From NCBI GenBank assembly GCA_002269645.1, contig NIVC01000288.1, forward strand, positions 186,001-250,000: a stretch of 64,000 nt of DNA, given 5' to 3'. The stretch's first letter is position 1, and each line of letters opens with the position of its first letter. Shown here piece after piece: positions 1-10,600 of this stretch. Source of the stretch: Macrostomum lignano (lineage: Eukaryota). A program made the position numbers and the translations under genes. Below the pieces are notes generated by a model that searched no databases, was not told where the DNA came from, and saw only the letters and a program-made list of their open reading frames with translations.

Positions 1-69
1 CTGATTCAAAGGGCTGGCTGAAACACAGAGCTGCTGGATTATTGGATTCTGCACAAATTCGAGCATAGC

Positions 70-722
70 ACAGGGCTGCTGTACACCCCGTAGGGCTGCT
101 GTACACCCTGTAGGGCTGCTGTACACCCTATAGGGCTGCTGTACACCCTATAGGGCTGCTGTACACCATATAGGGCTGCTGTACACCCTGTAGGGCTGCT
201 GTACACCCCTGTAGGGCTGCTGTACACCCCTGTAGGGCTGCTGTACACCCTGTCAGGCTGCTGTACACCCCTGTAGGGCTGCTGTACACCCTGTCAGGCT
301 GCTGTACACCCCGTAGGGCTGCTGTACACACCTGTAGGGCTGTTGTACAACCTGTCAGGCTGCTGTACACCCTGTAGGGCTGCTGTACACCCCTGTAGGG
401 CTGCTATACACCCTGTCAGGCTGCTGTACACCCCGTAGGGCTGCTGTACACACCTGTAGGGCTGTTGTACAACCTGTCAGGCTGCTGTACAACCTGTAGG
501 GCTGCTGTACACCCTGTAGGGCTGCTGTACACCCTGTAAGGCTGCTGTACACCCCGTAGGGCTGCTGTACACACCTGTAGGGCTGTTGTAAAACCTGTCA
601 GGCTGCTGTACAACCTGTAGGGCTGCTGTACACCCTGTCAGGCTGCTGCACATTCTGTAGGGCTGCTGTACAACCTGTAGGGCTGCTGTACAACCTGTAG
701 GGCTGCTGTACACCCCTGTAGA
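70..722. repeat. Minisatellite, 20-21 bp unit (ccctgtagggctgctgtaca), in CDK8 intron
   Basis: Unit visible directly in tandem; explains ORFs 39..248, 128..370, 355..552, 416..613 and 477..728. Confidence 0.95.
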
Positions 723-768
723 CAACACTTTAAGGCTACGGACAAATAAACAAATAGAGCAAGCTCAC

Positions 769-1362
769 CTTAAGATCCCGATGCAGCACCCAGTTGGAGT
801 GCAAATAGTGAATACCGTTGAGTATCTGATGCATCAAACTCTTTACCATATTTCGCGGCACAAAAACTTTTGTTTTGCTAGCCTTAGCGGATCGGTGATG
901 CTTGATGATGTGCCAGAGGTCGTGCTCGGCGTAGTCAAACAGCAGCCACACCTTGCGAGTGTCGTGCGACAGAAACACACGCTGCAAAGCGATCACATTA
1001 GGGTGGCAGAGTTCGCGCAGCAGGGCAATTTCTCTGCAAGCTGACATGGACAAGCCGGAGCCTTCAATCTGCTTCAACGCGTACTCTTTCTGATCGTTTC
1101 CCGACTTCTTCTTTGACTTGAACACGTGACCGTAGGTGCCCCGGCCAACTTTGCAGCCTTCAAATTCGAATACGTCTTCAACTTTTTCGCGTTGTCGGCC
1201 AATTTCGCGACAGAAGTCGGCGTCAATCCAGGTACGACCGCGGCTGGAGCTGGACACGCCAGACGGACCCGCTACTGAGGCGGCCGCCGCGGCGGCTGCT
1301 GCTGCGGCCTGAGCAGCTCGCGGAGACGGGCGGATGCCGGGGGAATGCATGGCGCCATGCAT
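769..1362 (-). CDS. CDK8: CDK8/CDK19 Mediator kinase, 5' coding exon (gene continues beyond position 1)
   Basis: Translation has [67 protein letters not shown] and [16 protein letters not shown] is the CDK8-family C-helix. Donor AAG|GTGAGC at 769/768. Frame is open upstream to an acceptor (CCTAACAG|) at 1429/1428. Confidence 0.95.
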
Positions 1363-1439
1363 TCGAGAGGGGGGTGGGCGGTGTAAGGGGTGATTGCAGC
1401 TGAGATAGTCCTGCTTGTAGCTGACGTACTGTTAGGCAC

Positions 1440-2200
1440 AGGGCTGAGAGGGAGACAGGGCTGAGAGGGAGACAGGGGTGAAAGGGAGACGGGGGTTAGA
1501 GGGAGACAGGGGTGAGAGGGGGAAAGGGGTGAAAGGGAGACGGGGGTTAGAGGAAGACAGGGGTGATAAGGACACAGGGGTGATAGGGACACAGGGTGAG
1601 AGGGAGACGGGGGTTAGAGGGAGACAGGGGTGAGAGGGACACAGGGGTGAGAGGGACACAGGGGTGAGAGGGAGACGGGGGTTAGAGGGAGACAGGGGTA
1701 AGAGGAAGACAGGGGTAAAAGGAAGACAGGGGTGAGAGGGACACAGGGGTGAGAGGGAGACGGGGGTGAGAGGGAGACAGGGGTGAGAGGGAGACGGGGG
1801 TTAGAGGGAGACAGGGGTGAGAGGGGGAAAGGGGTGAAAGGGAGACGGGGGTTAGAGGAAGACAGGGGTGATAAGGACACAGGGGTGATAGGGACACAGG
1901 GTGAGAGGGAGACGGGGGTTAGAGGGAGACAGGGGTGAGAGGGACACAGGGGTGAGAGGGACACAGGGGTGAGAGGGAGACGGGGGTTAGAGGGAGACAG
2001 GGGTAAGAGGAAGACAGGGGTAAAAGGAAGACAGGGGTGAGAGGGACACAGGGGTGAGAGGGAGACGGGGGTGAGAGGGAGACAGGGGTGAGAGGGACAC
2101 AGGGGTGAGAGGGAGACAGGGGTGAGAGGGACACAGGGGTGAGAGGGAGACAGGGGTAAGAGGAAGACAGGGGTAAGAGGAAGACAGGGGTTAGAGGGGA
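1440..2200. repeat. GA-rich minisatellite, ~17 bp unit (gagagggagacaggggt)
   Basis: Tandem units visible; pyrimidine-rich on the CDK8 sense strand; explains the PxSLSPL-type ORFs. Confidence 0.93.
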
Positions 2201-3111
2201 CACAGTGTGATGATAAGCACTCAAACTACTCTCAAACGAAGAAGCATACGCAAACAAAGTTGACATTAATAAATTCTGACTGATATAACAGTTTTATTAT
2301 AATCAAGTTTAGAGTTAAAACAGAGCAATAGAAGAAAGTGCATGGATTTATGTATCAATTCACACAAAAATGATAATAGAATTTTACTAATCATAGTCGC
2401 AATGCTACTTGTAAGTTAATAGGCATAAACAGGGAACACAGCCCCCCCCCAACCCTAGAGACCAACTGAGCTAATAATGTAATATAAAGTACAGAGTAGT
2501 CTATTATACAAAACAAGGTACTCAAGATAATTACAGGATGAAGAACAGCTACTGATGACACGCACAGTAGATATCGACATATTATTTAATTGTGAGCAAT
2601 CTATTTAATTATATAAACAATTGCGAAAAAAGATGACCTGGAGCCAAATCAAACAACAATAAAAGTTTATCCACACAAAACAGGCTACTGGCCAACAAAA
2701 AGCAGTAAGCTACTCAGTTTGCCCATTGATAGTAGCATGATAAGCGTGTGACACAAATTCAGAAGGGAAAGACTTAATAAAAAAATGTATACAAATTAAA
2801 ATTTGAAGCTAAAATAAACTGTACATTACTTAACCCACCGTAATACTGTATTAATATATTGTTATATAGCCTTTTCTTATGCTGCTATGCCAGCAATTTA
2901 TTAATATACTGTATATTTACAAAATTGACGTTTAAGTAGAAACATTTTCGAGTACAGAAGCGGAGAAGCAATCGATAAACAGATCCCACACCAAAGAGAG
3001 GCATAGAGTGAAAGAACGAACAGTAATAATAAAAATGGTGCGAGAAATACATGCTAATTTTATTGCAGTATGTTATCACACATCACGGAGTTATTCACGG
3101 ATCGCCCCATC

Positions 3112-3245
3112 ACGGAGGGGAGGGGGCGATTCTCAAGGGGCGGATTTCAGAGGGGAGAGGGCGATTCTCATGGGGCGGATTATAGAGGGGAGGGCGATTC
3201 TCAATGGGATTTCAGAAGGGAGAGGGCGACTCTCACGGGGTGGAT
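3112..3245. repeat. Short degenerate tandem repeat (~4 units containing gggcgattctc)
   Basis: agggcgattctca..ggggcggatt recurs; shares the ggcgattct core of the arrays at 25.7 and 29.3 kb. Confidence 0.7.
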
Positions 3246-3463
3246 TTTTCAAATTGTTTAAGAATCTTTGTTCAATAAAACAAATGTGAAGCTCCATACT
3301 GACTGATTGAATTACACATTCATAAAGAAATAATGAAAAGGACCTAGGAAAGCAATTCGGCATTGGGAACAGAACGGGAATAGTCCATATACTTATAGAC
3401 GCATGCAATGGACATACAAATCAACTTGAAAGTGTGCAGGGTCTAGCAGGGTCCGATAGATCA

Positions 3464-5001
3464 TCAATCGTCTCCAACGTCTCCGTCTTGTTGAACAGCC
3501 GGCACCGAGGCTTGAGAAGGAGAAGAAGCAGCGGGCGCTGGCATTTCCGAGGCGCCATTTTCGCGCCGTCGGCGCCTCAGCAGTCGGCGCCGACTGGGCA
3601 GCCAGCCGGAGCCGTCGCGGGGTAGGTCTTCGCCGCTGACGACGTCCAAGTCATCAAATAGCGGTCGCCAACGAGTCGTTGTTGTTCTTCTTGTTGTTGT
3701 TGTCGTCGATACCGACTGAGATGAAGAAGACGCCGAGGCCAATGAGGCGATGCGCACCTCGCCCCGAGCTGCCGCCGCATTAGCCGTAGGAGCTGTTGGA
3801 GTCGCATTGAGCAGGTGGGACAGCAGCGGCGTAGCGGCAATCGGATCCCTAACTGGGCTTCGGCGCTTTGGCGTGTTCAAAATATTCGACCGTCTCTGCT
3901 GAGACGATGAAGCATCGGAAGCAGAAGACGCCCCGGCAGCAGAAGTTGATAAAGGCGACGGCCTGCTATCATTGGCATCTGGCAGAGGCGGAGAAGCTGC
4001 CGACGAAGAAGACGACGAGACAGCAACTGCAGCGGCGGCAGCTGCGGCTACAACAGCTTCGAATGGCGCTAGCAGTGCCGCTCCTAAGAAATTAAAGTCG
4101 CCACTGCTATTATCAGTAGTATTGGTAGCGTTAGTTGACTGTCTACCGCTAGTCGATGTTGTAGAATAGTCAACGCCGTTCGGTGGCCAAGGACTGGACG
4201 GCCTTCGTCGATGCTGCTGCTGCTGCTGTTGATCTCTGTTCTGCTCCCTGGCATCAAATAAGTCGTTACTGAATTGCCAACTAACCGAATGCAGCAACTG
4301 CATGTAGTTAATAACGCCGCTGCTGCTACTATTACTGCTACTGCCACTTCCAGTAGTATCAGAAGCATTTAAACCAGCCGAAACCTGGCGTTCGCTGGCG
4401 GCGGCTAGGCGAGTCAGAATCATCGGCCGTTGACGCGGAGTCAGCGCGGTGAAATCGCGTTCACCCGGGCTGAGCGGCGACTCGACGTCTGGCTCCAGCG
4501 GTGTCGGTCCCGGCCGGACGTTCCTGGCCACTCGTTTGAGCTCGACGCTTAGCAAAGGATCATTATCCTCTAGTTGATTGTGCTCTTTAATATCGCCATC
4601 ATCAACTCGGACGTACTTCACCGCGGCATCGTACTGAGCCAGAGTTGGCTGACAGTCAACAGCCCCAGAGAAATGCGCCAGATGAACGCAGAACAGCCGG
4701 CCATGGCGGCCTAAATACGCTTTGGCTAGTCTGTGAAACACGGCCGAGTCCAGTTCGTGATAACCTACTAATCGGAGCAGATGGTGCACGATTCTCTGCA
4801 TGGAGAAGGAGTCGTAGCGGGTCAGCGTGCGAAGCTCGCGAAGGAGAAACGGCACCAAGCGATGGCGTTCAGCTTCGTTGGTTTCGAAGCGAGCGGCCGT
4901 GACTTGAACGGCTTGGGGGTCCGGCACCGGGCGGAACCCGCGCAGGTACAGCAGGTGACGGTTCGAACTGGTTAGTGGACACGGCAGCGGCTGGTCCGAG
5001 T
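3464..5001 (-). CDS. TOPORS: Topors-like E3 ligase, exon 2 (conserved central helical domain plus low-complexity C-terminus)
   Basis: RHLLYLRG..RFETNEAERHRLVPFLLREL..YLGRHGRLFCVHLAHF..LAQYDAAVKY parallels the Topors motif RRSLYRAG..FFRRNPACLHRLVPWLKREL..FLLNRTEHFIHEFISF..MAAFDQHANY (recalled). Acceptor TTCCCTTTCCAACTCGGCAG| at 5002/5001 is phase 1, matching the exon 1 donor. Stop at 3464-3466. Confidence 0.85.
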
Positions 5002-5065
5002 CTGCCGAGTTGGAAAGGGAATAGGGATTCTGCGCGTGAGAACTTCTGGCAATTTTGATTGGAGT

Positions 5066-5727
5066 CTGAGGATCTTAGAGGCTGTTGGCCCAGACACTGA
5101 GGATCTGGGAGGCTGGCCCAGCAACTGAGGATCTGGGAGGCTGGTGGCCCAGCAACTGAGGATCTGGGAGGCTGGCCCAGCAACTGAGGATCTGGGAGGC
5201 TGGTGGCCCAGCAACTGAGGATCGGGGAGGCTGGTGGCCCAGCAACTGAGGATCTGGGAGGCTGGTGGCCCAGCAACTGAGGATCTGGGAGGCTGGTGGC
5301 CCAGCAACTGAGGATCTTAGAGGCTGTTGGCCCAGACACTGAGGATCTGGGAGGCTGGCCCAGCAACTGAGGATCTGGGAGGCTGGTGGCCCAGCAACTG
5401 AGGATCTGGGAGGCTGGTAGCCCAGCAACTGAGGATCTGGGAGGCTGGCCCAGCAACTGAGGATCTGGGATGCTGGTGGCCCAGCAACTGAGGATCTGGG
5501 AGGCTGGCCCAGCAACTGAGGATCTGGGATGCTGGTGGCCCAGCAACTGAGGATCTGGGAGGCTGGCCCAGCAACTGAGGATCTGGGAGGCTGGTGGCCC
5601 AGCAACTGAGGATCTGGGAGGCTGGTGGCCCAGCAACTGAGGATCTGGGAGGCTGGTGGCCCAGCAACTAAGGATCTGGGAGGCTGACTCAGCAACTGAG
5701 TAACGGGGAGGCTGGTGGCCCAGCAAC
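5066..5727. repeat. Minisatellite, 28/31 bp unit (gaggatctgggaggctgg[tgg]cccagcaact), in Topors intron
   Basis: Tandem units visible; same family as 55437-56135. Confidence 0.95.
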
Positions 5728-5835
5728 TGAAGATATTATAGGTGGCGAGAATCTAAGATAAGTATAGCTTCCAAACCAATTGATTGGGAACACATGGGTT
5801 AAGAATCTGTGCAGAATCTCCTAGCAACAGCTCAC

Positions 5836-6613
5836 CTCCGATCTCACGTTCCTCTTCGTATGGCAGTGCAGCGTCCCTGCTGGCGGTGAGCTCATCTTGG
5901 CTTAGCCTGAACTGCCGTTGCTGAGGAGAAAATTCGAACATGTTCTGCTGCTGCTGCTGGATAGAGACGCTCTGCCACTCAGGCAGTTCAGCGGCTTGCA
6001 AACCGGAGAAACGATTTGGCCGGGAAATATCCGGTTGCTGCTGCTGCGGTTGAGCTCGCCTAGGCGACTCAAGCTCGGCTAAATCCTCCCGATCTAAGAA
6101 CGGTCTGTAGAGATGAAACGGTCCAGCCCGACTAGTGAACAGAGGAGCATTATTAGGATTATTGCCCAGAGTCCACACCGGGGGTGGAGCCGGAGGCAGC
6201 GGCAGCGGCACCGGGTACTCATCGTAGTCGCTGTCGCTTCTAACATTATGAATAATAGTAGTAAAAGTACATTTGCACTGCGGGCACTCGGGTTTGCGCT
6301 TGGCCCATTCTAACAGGCATCCGAAACAGTAACGATGCAGGCAGGACCAAGTATAGGACGGGTCCACCGGGTCGCACAGGCAGATCGCGCACCGATCAGT
6401 CTGCACTGTCAACTGTTGCCGACTTCGCTTTGTACAGCTGGGAGTGCAGTCCTCTTTGTCAGCACTGTCTGGCTCGCTAGGTTCGGCAGCGTCGCTTTGA
6501 TGCAATGATCGGCGCAGTTTTCGTCGGACTTCGACGCTACCAGAAGTGGCGCAATCGGCTGTTGAACTCGACGAAGCCACCGTGGGTGCCGCTGAACTGT
6601 CGCTGGACGACAT
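5836..6613 (-). CDS. TOPORS: Topors-like E3 ligase, exon 1 (C3HC4 RING)
   Basis: CAIC-x12-CLHRYCFGCLLEWAKRKPECPQCKCTFTTIIHNVRSDSDYDEY matches the Topors RING and its downstream F.SI.H.VR.E.DF.EY motif. ATG at 6613; donor GGAG|GTGAGC at 5836/5835. Exons 778+1538 nt = 772 codons including stop. Confidence 0.88.
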
Positions 6614-6789
6614 TCGCGACTGGGGAGCATAAATATTGAGAATAAAAAGGGCTGGGTTTTTTGAGGAAACAAATATCCCAACATCTGCACTCTACCACCT
6701 TAAATGTAAAACTCAAATCAAATGGTAACCTATAAGGTATCTTAGCTCGACCACAGCTATTGCACAGCACATCTGAAGGCTACATATGG

Positions 6790-7006
6790 CTGTTCATTCC
6801 ACGGACTGGGAAGGAAGGGTTGCCATACTCAACCTCAATTATCCTAGCTAATGCTGGTATACCTATTTTATAGCTGTATGAGCTGAAGCAATGCAAAGTA
6901 AAATGTTTTGCTTCAGGACACAAATTGTAATAGAGGGACTGGAATTCAAACCCCAACTTTCAAGTTATAGGTGGGATGCTCTAACTACTAGACTATAATC
7001 AACTCC
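6790..7006 (-). mobile_element. Degenerate tRNA-derived SINE with Meta/MESC-like central domain
   Basis: Minus strand: A-box-like TATAGTCTAGTAGTTAGAGC (6997-6978), B-box-like GGGTTTGAATTCC (6953-6941), then TTGTGTCCTGAAGCAAAACATTTTACTTTGCATTGCTTCAGCTCATACAGCTATAAAATAGGTATACC (6923-6856), resembling the recalled invertebrate SINE core ttgtgtccttgagcaagacacttt..cagctgtataaatgggtacc. Confidence 0.7.
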
Positions 7007-9271
7007 AATGCTTTCAAAATAAATGTATATTCTTGACTTTTATTGACACAGAAAATGGGCCCATAATCCTGACTTTATAGGTCTATGTACATTGATCCAA
7101 ATGGTTACCTAAATTATTTATATTAGAAAATTTTAACAAATAATAACTAGCACTTGAGGTTTTTTAAACAAATATTATATTGAATCTAAGTCGAAATTTG
7201 CATTGTCATACTTCTGCAACAGCCAGTCAATCTAGCCAATAGAAACCTTAGTTGGCCAAGGGTAAGTTACAAATTTAACAACTAAAACATAAAAGATAAA
7301 AATAAAAAAATACACAAGAAACTGAAAACTTAAAGGAAAAGAAAAAATCACTATAGAGAAAAAAAGACAAAAATGAATAAGCAAGATGCACAAAAGATGA
7401 GAGACAACAGCTATTTTTATAGCCAAAGTTAAAAGCCATTGTACATTATGTGTTTAAATTAACATTATAGATATGGCTACTTTTTTATTAGGATTATAGT
7501 TGTTTTGATGACAAGCAAATTTCATTTTGGCATGGTGACAAGAAAAAGATCCTTTCTGATAAGAGCCTTTCTGTTTTCAAACAGAAAACTACCTTGCCAA
7601 TCTTAAGGAATATTAAACCTAAAATTTTTAATTTTCTGAAATGGTTTCAGTAGCTTTAGCTCCAATGGTTTTAGCTTCATTTTAATTTTGTTTATTTATA
7701 ATAACAGAGTTGCAATCTTTTGAATTCATATTTTCTAAAACCAATGAATATTTGTTTTTTTGTAGTTGATATTGCATGAAGATTTGGTTTAGTTTGGTTT
7801 ATTTAGGGTTTATGTGTCTGAATATTCTGAAACAATTTAAAACAATCTGCATAAAAAAACAATATAGCTTGTTTGATTTCTTTTCAAAATATACTATGCC
7901 TTAATGGAATTTTTGAATAAGTACAAAACATAAATCTTAACCAAATAACAACAAGCTGATACTATGAAGTACCTCTTTTTTTACTAAAATGACTATACTC
8001 ATTAAATCATTAAATCTTCCTATTTATCACAATAGCAACTTGTCACTGAAATTACTATTTATTACCAAAATGTTTATCACCAAAATGACCAGCACCTTGT
8101 TTATTAGAGATTAGACAAGATCTTAATCTTCAATTGATTTTTAATATTATTAACATTTCAAAAGTGATGATTTGAAGCTTTGTATAAGCCATAAGGTAAT
8201 ATATTTAGTATACATTGGCATGGTATCCATGCTTTTTGGTCCTGCGCTTTTCAGTGTCTGGGATTTCAGTGCCCTAGCTTGCTTTTTGGTGCCCAAATTA
8301 TACATTAGAATTAGACACAAAATATAGAAATTGAGCTCTAACTTAGCAGTAAGTGCTTTGTCTTTACAGTACTTATTTACTTGTAAAAACTGAGGTATTA
8401 TTTATTTTGTTAAGCTGACCTGGCATTTTAATTCAAAAATGGTTTTTGACTAGGCCTAGTCGATTTGATTTACTTCTATGTCGCTATAGCTGCGCATCTC
8501 AGCCATGTAAAAAATTTAAACTAATGCCCCAAATGCGCTTCTAATGAAATCTTATAGATTATGGTCCAATAGTTATGCCCCAAAAGATTTCAGTTCATTT
8601 AATAATACTCACTTCATTTCCTAGGCAGTTTTATCAGATAAAACATGATTGTATAATTCAAAAAATCAATACTAACTAAAATACATGTAGACTTGTCACA
8701 TTTCATAATTTTGATCAAAAGTACATATAGCGTCACTGATGGATTTTAACTTTACCTAAGTAAGTCTTCATGGCCAGGGTCAGGATTGTGTACTGTTGTA
8801 CACTGGAACAAAAATTGCTTCTATAGCTCATGCATGCCAATTGTACGCCAACAAACTTTTTATCGCATACAAAAATAAAAATTATAAATTACAAACAATA
8901 TCTAAAGCTTGCAAAATTTTAATATTCAAAAAACTTGTGTTAAAACTGAATTTTTTTATTTAACTGTAAAGAACTAGTTCATTTTAACTATTTTTGTTTG
9001 ACTTTGAATTTCTTGGAAAAGTTAAACCCAGTTTTTTTAATTTAGTTTTCCATTTATTTTTGTAAAGGGCTAGCTATTCTTTTTGATCAAAATTTAGCTT
9101 CTGTAACTATGTACATGGAGACTATGACAAATGCAAACTTAATCATTTTTGCACGCTAATTGTGTAGATTGATTGTTGGGACTCGGAACTTTTGGTCCCA
9201 CCTGCTGGTCTTGGCAATCTCTATAGGTCTACACTAAGCTGTACACTAAGAGGGCAAGCCAGGCCCCTTTG

Positions 9272-9700
9272 GGATGCTTTCACAAGGTTGAAATTTCATA
9301 ATGTCAAAAAGTAAACTATTTTACAAGGTCAAACTTTCACAAGGTTGAAATTTCACAAGGTCAAAATTTCACATCGAAAACTCTAGCAGAAGACTTCATA
9401 AGGTCAAAATTTCATAACATTGAAAATTTAATAAAACAAGAACTATACATTAGTTTTCTACATTATGAAATTTCGATGTCATTATGACCTTATGACCTTA
9501 TGAAATGAAATTATGACCTTATGAAATCCTTTGCTAAAGTTTTTGATGTTGTGAAATTTTGACCTTTGTGAAGTTTTAACCTTATGAAAATGTTGCTATT
9601 TGAGTTTTTGATGTTATGAAATTTTGACCTTGTAAAATTTCGATCTTGTGAAAGAAGGTGCTTTCAACGTTATGAAATTTTGAGTTTGTGAAATCCCCCC
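9272..9700. mobile_element. Non-autonomous foldback (Mutator/FB-like) element with modular TIRs and 9-bp TSD
   Basis: Left half repeats aaatttcacaaggtca; right half repeats its reverse complement tgaccttgtgaaattt. Flanked by the identical direct repeat gcccctttg at 9263-9271 and 9701-9709. Confidence 0.8.
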
Positions 9701-10488
9701 GCCCCTTTGTATGCCAAGTTGTATGCCAATGGTGTAAATTCTAGCATACATATATACCATCTGGAGTCTGGTTTCATGGTACTAGCACACTTGCTGAGTG
9801 CAACTAGCTTGTATTGTATATATAGGATACAGCAAATGCATGCAATTAGGCCTAAATTGACTAGATTTTTCCAACTTTTCGAAACATGCCAATTGCCAGT
9901 TTAATAAAATGAATACTGCTTTTATTTGGAATATTGAATGTTTTGCAAAGTAGTTATTATATTTGTTATAGGATTTCTTTTTTATTATCATTGGCCTAAT
10001 TTTGGCATAATAAACTGGGGCACCAAAAGGCAACCTTGGCCTTGGGTACCAAAATGCTGGGCATCAAAAAGCCTAGGCACCAAAATACATGGAAACTACT
10101 AGCATAAACCAAAAAAATTGGTCATTTTTCTAGGAAAGGCCTAGGGCCTACATATTGTTCTAAACTAGGCCTAGGCCTATATTGATAAGATAAAGGCCAA
10201 GGTCTTAATAAAGTAAAAAAATTAAGTTTGTGACAAAAAAAGTATGTCTATAAACTTCTATATGCCTTAAATCTATACTATCAGTATCACTGACTTTGAC
10301 TTGACACAAACTTTGAAAGTAGGCAAAAATGTTAAAAAAATTATGAAATTACAAAAACTTAAACTAAGTAAGAAGGATACATAGACTTTACACTACAGAC
10401 AATTTATTTTTTATCTAGACTGTAAATTTTTGTTCAACTATTGTCATTGAGTATTGATGTTTGGTTTATTTAGGTTTGCAATTTTAGG

Positions 10489-10600
10489 GGCGATCCTGAA
10501 GATTCCTGCATTTAATTATTTTACGGAATTATTTCGCCCTCTATTCAAGGGTGGTAGGGGGTGGGGGTTATAATTAAATGCGGGAATCTTCAGGATTGCC
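10489..10600. mobile_element. ~112 bp MITE-like element with ~31-bp TIRs
   Basis: ggcgatcctgaagattcctgcatttaattat (10489-10519) vs ataattaaatgcgggaatcttcaggattgcc (10570-10600), 2 mismatches. Flanks attttagg (10481-10488) and attttagc (10601-10608). Confidence 0.75.

Noticed and set aside
3464-4927. Stand-alone 487-aa gene
   Set aside because: It starts at GTG; the frame extends to a phase-matched acceptor and the sequence is the Topors central domain.
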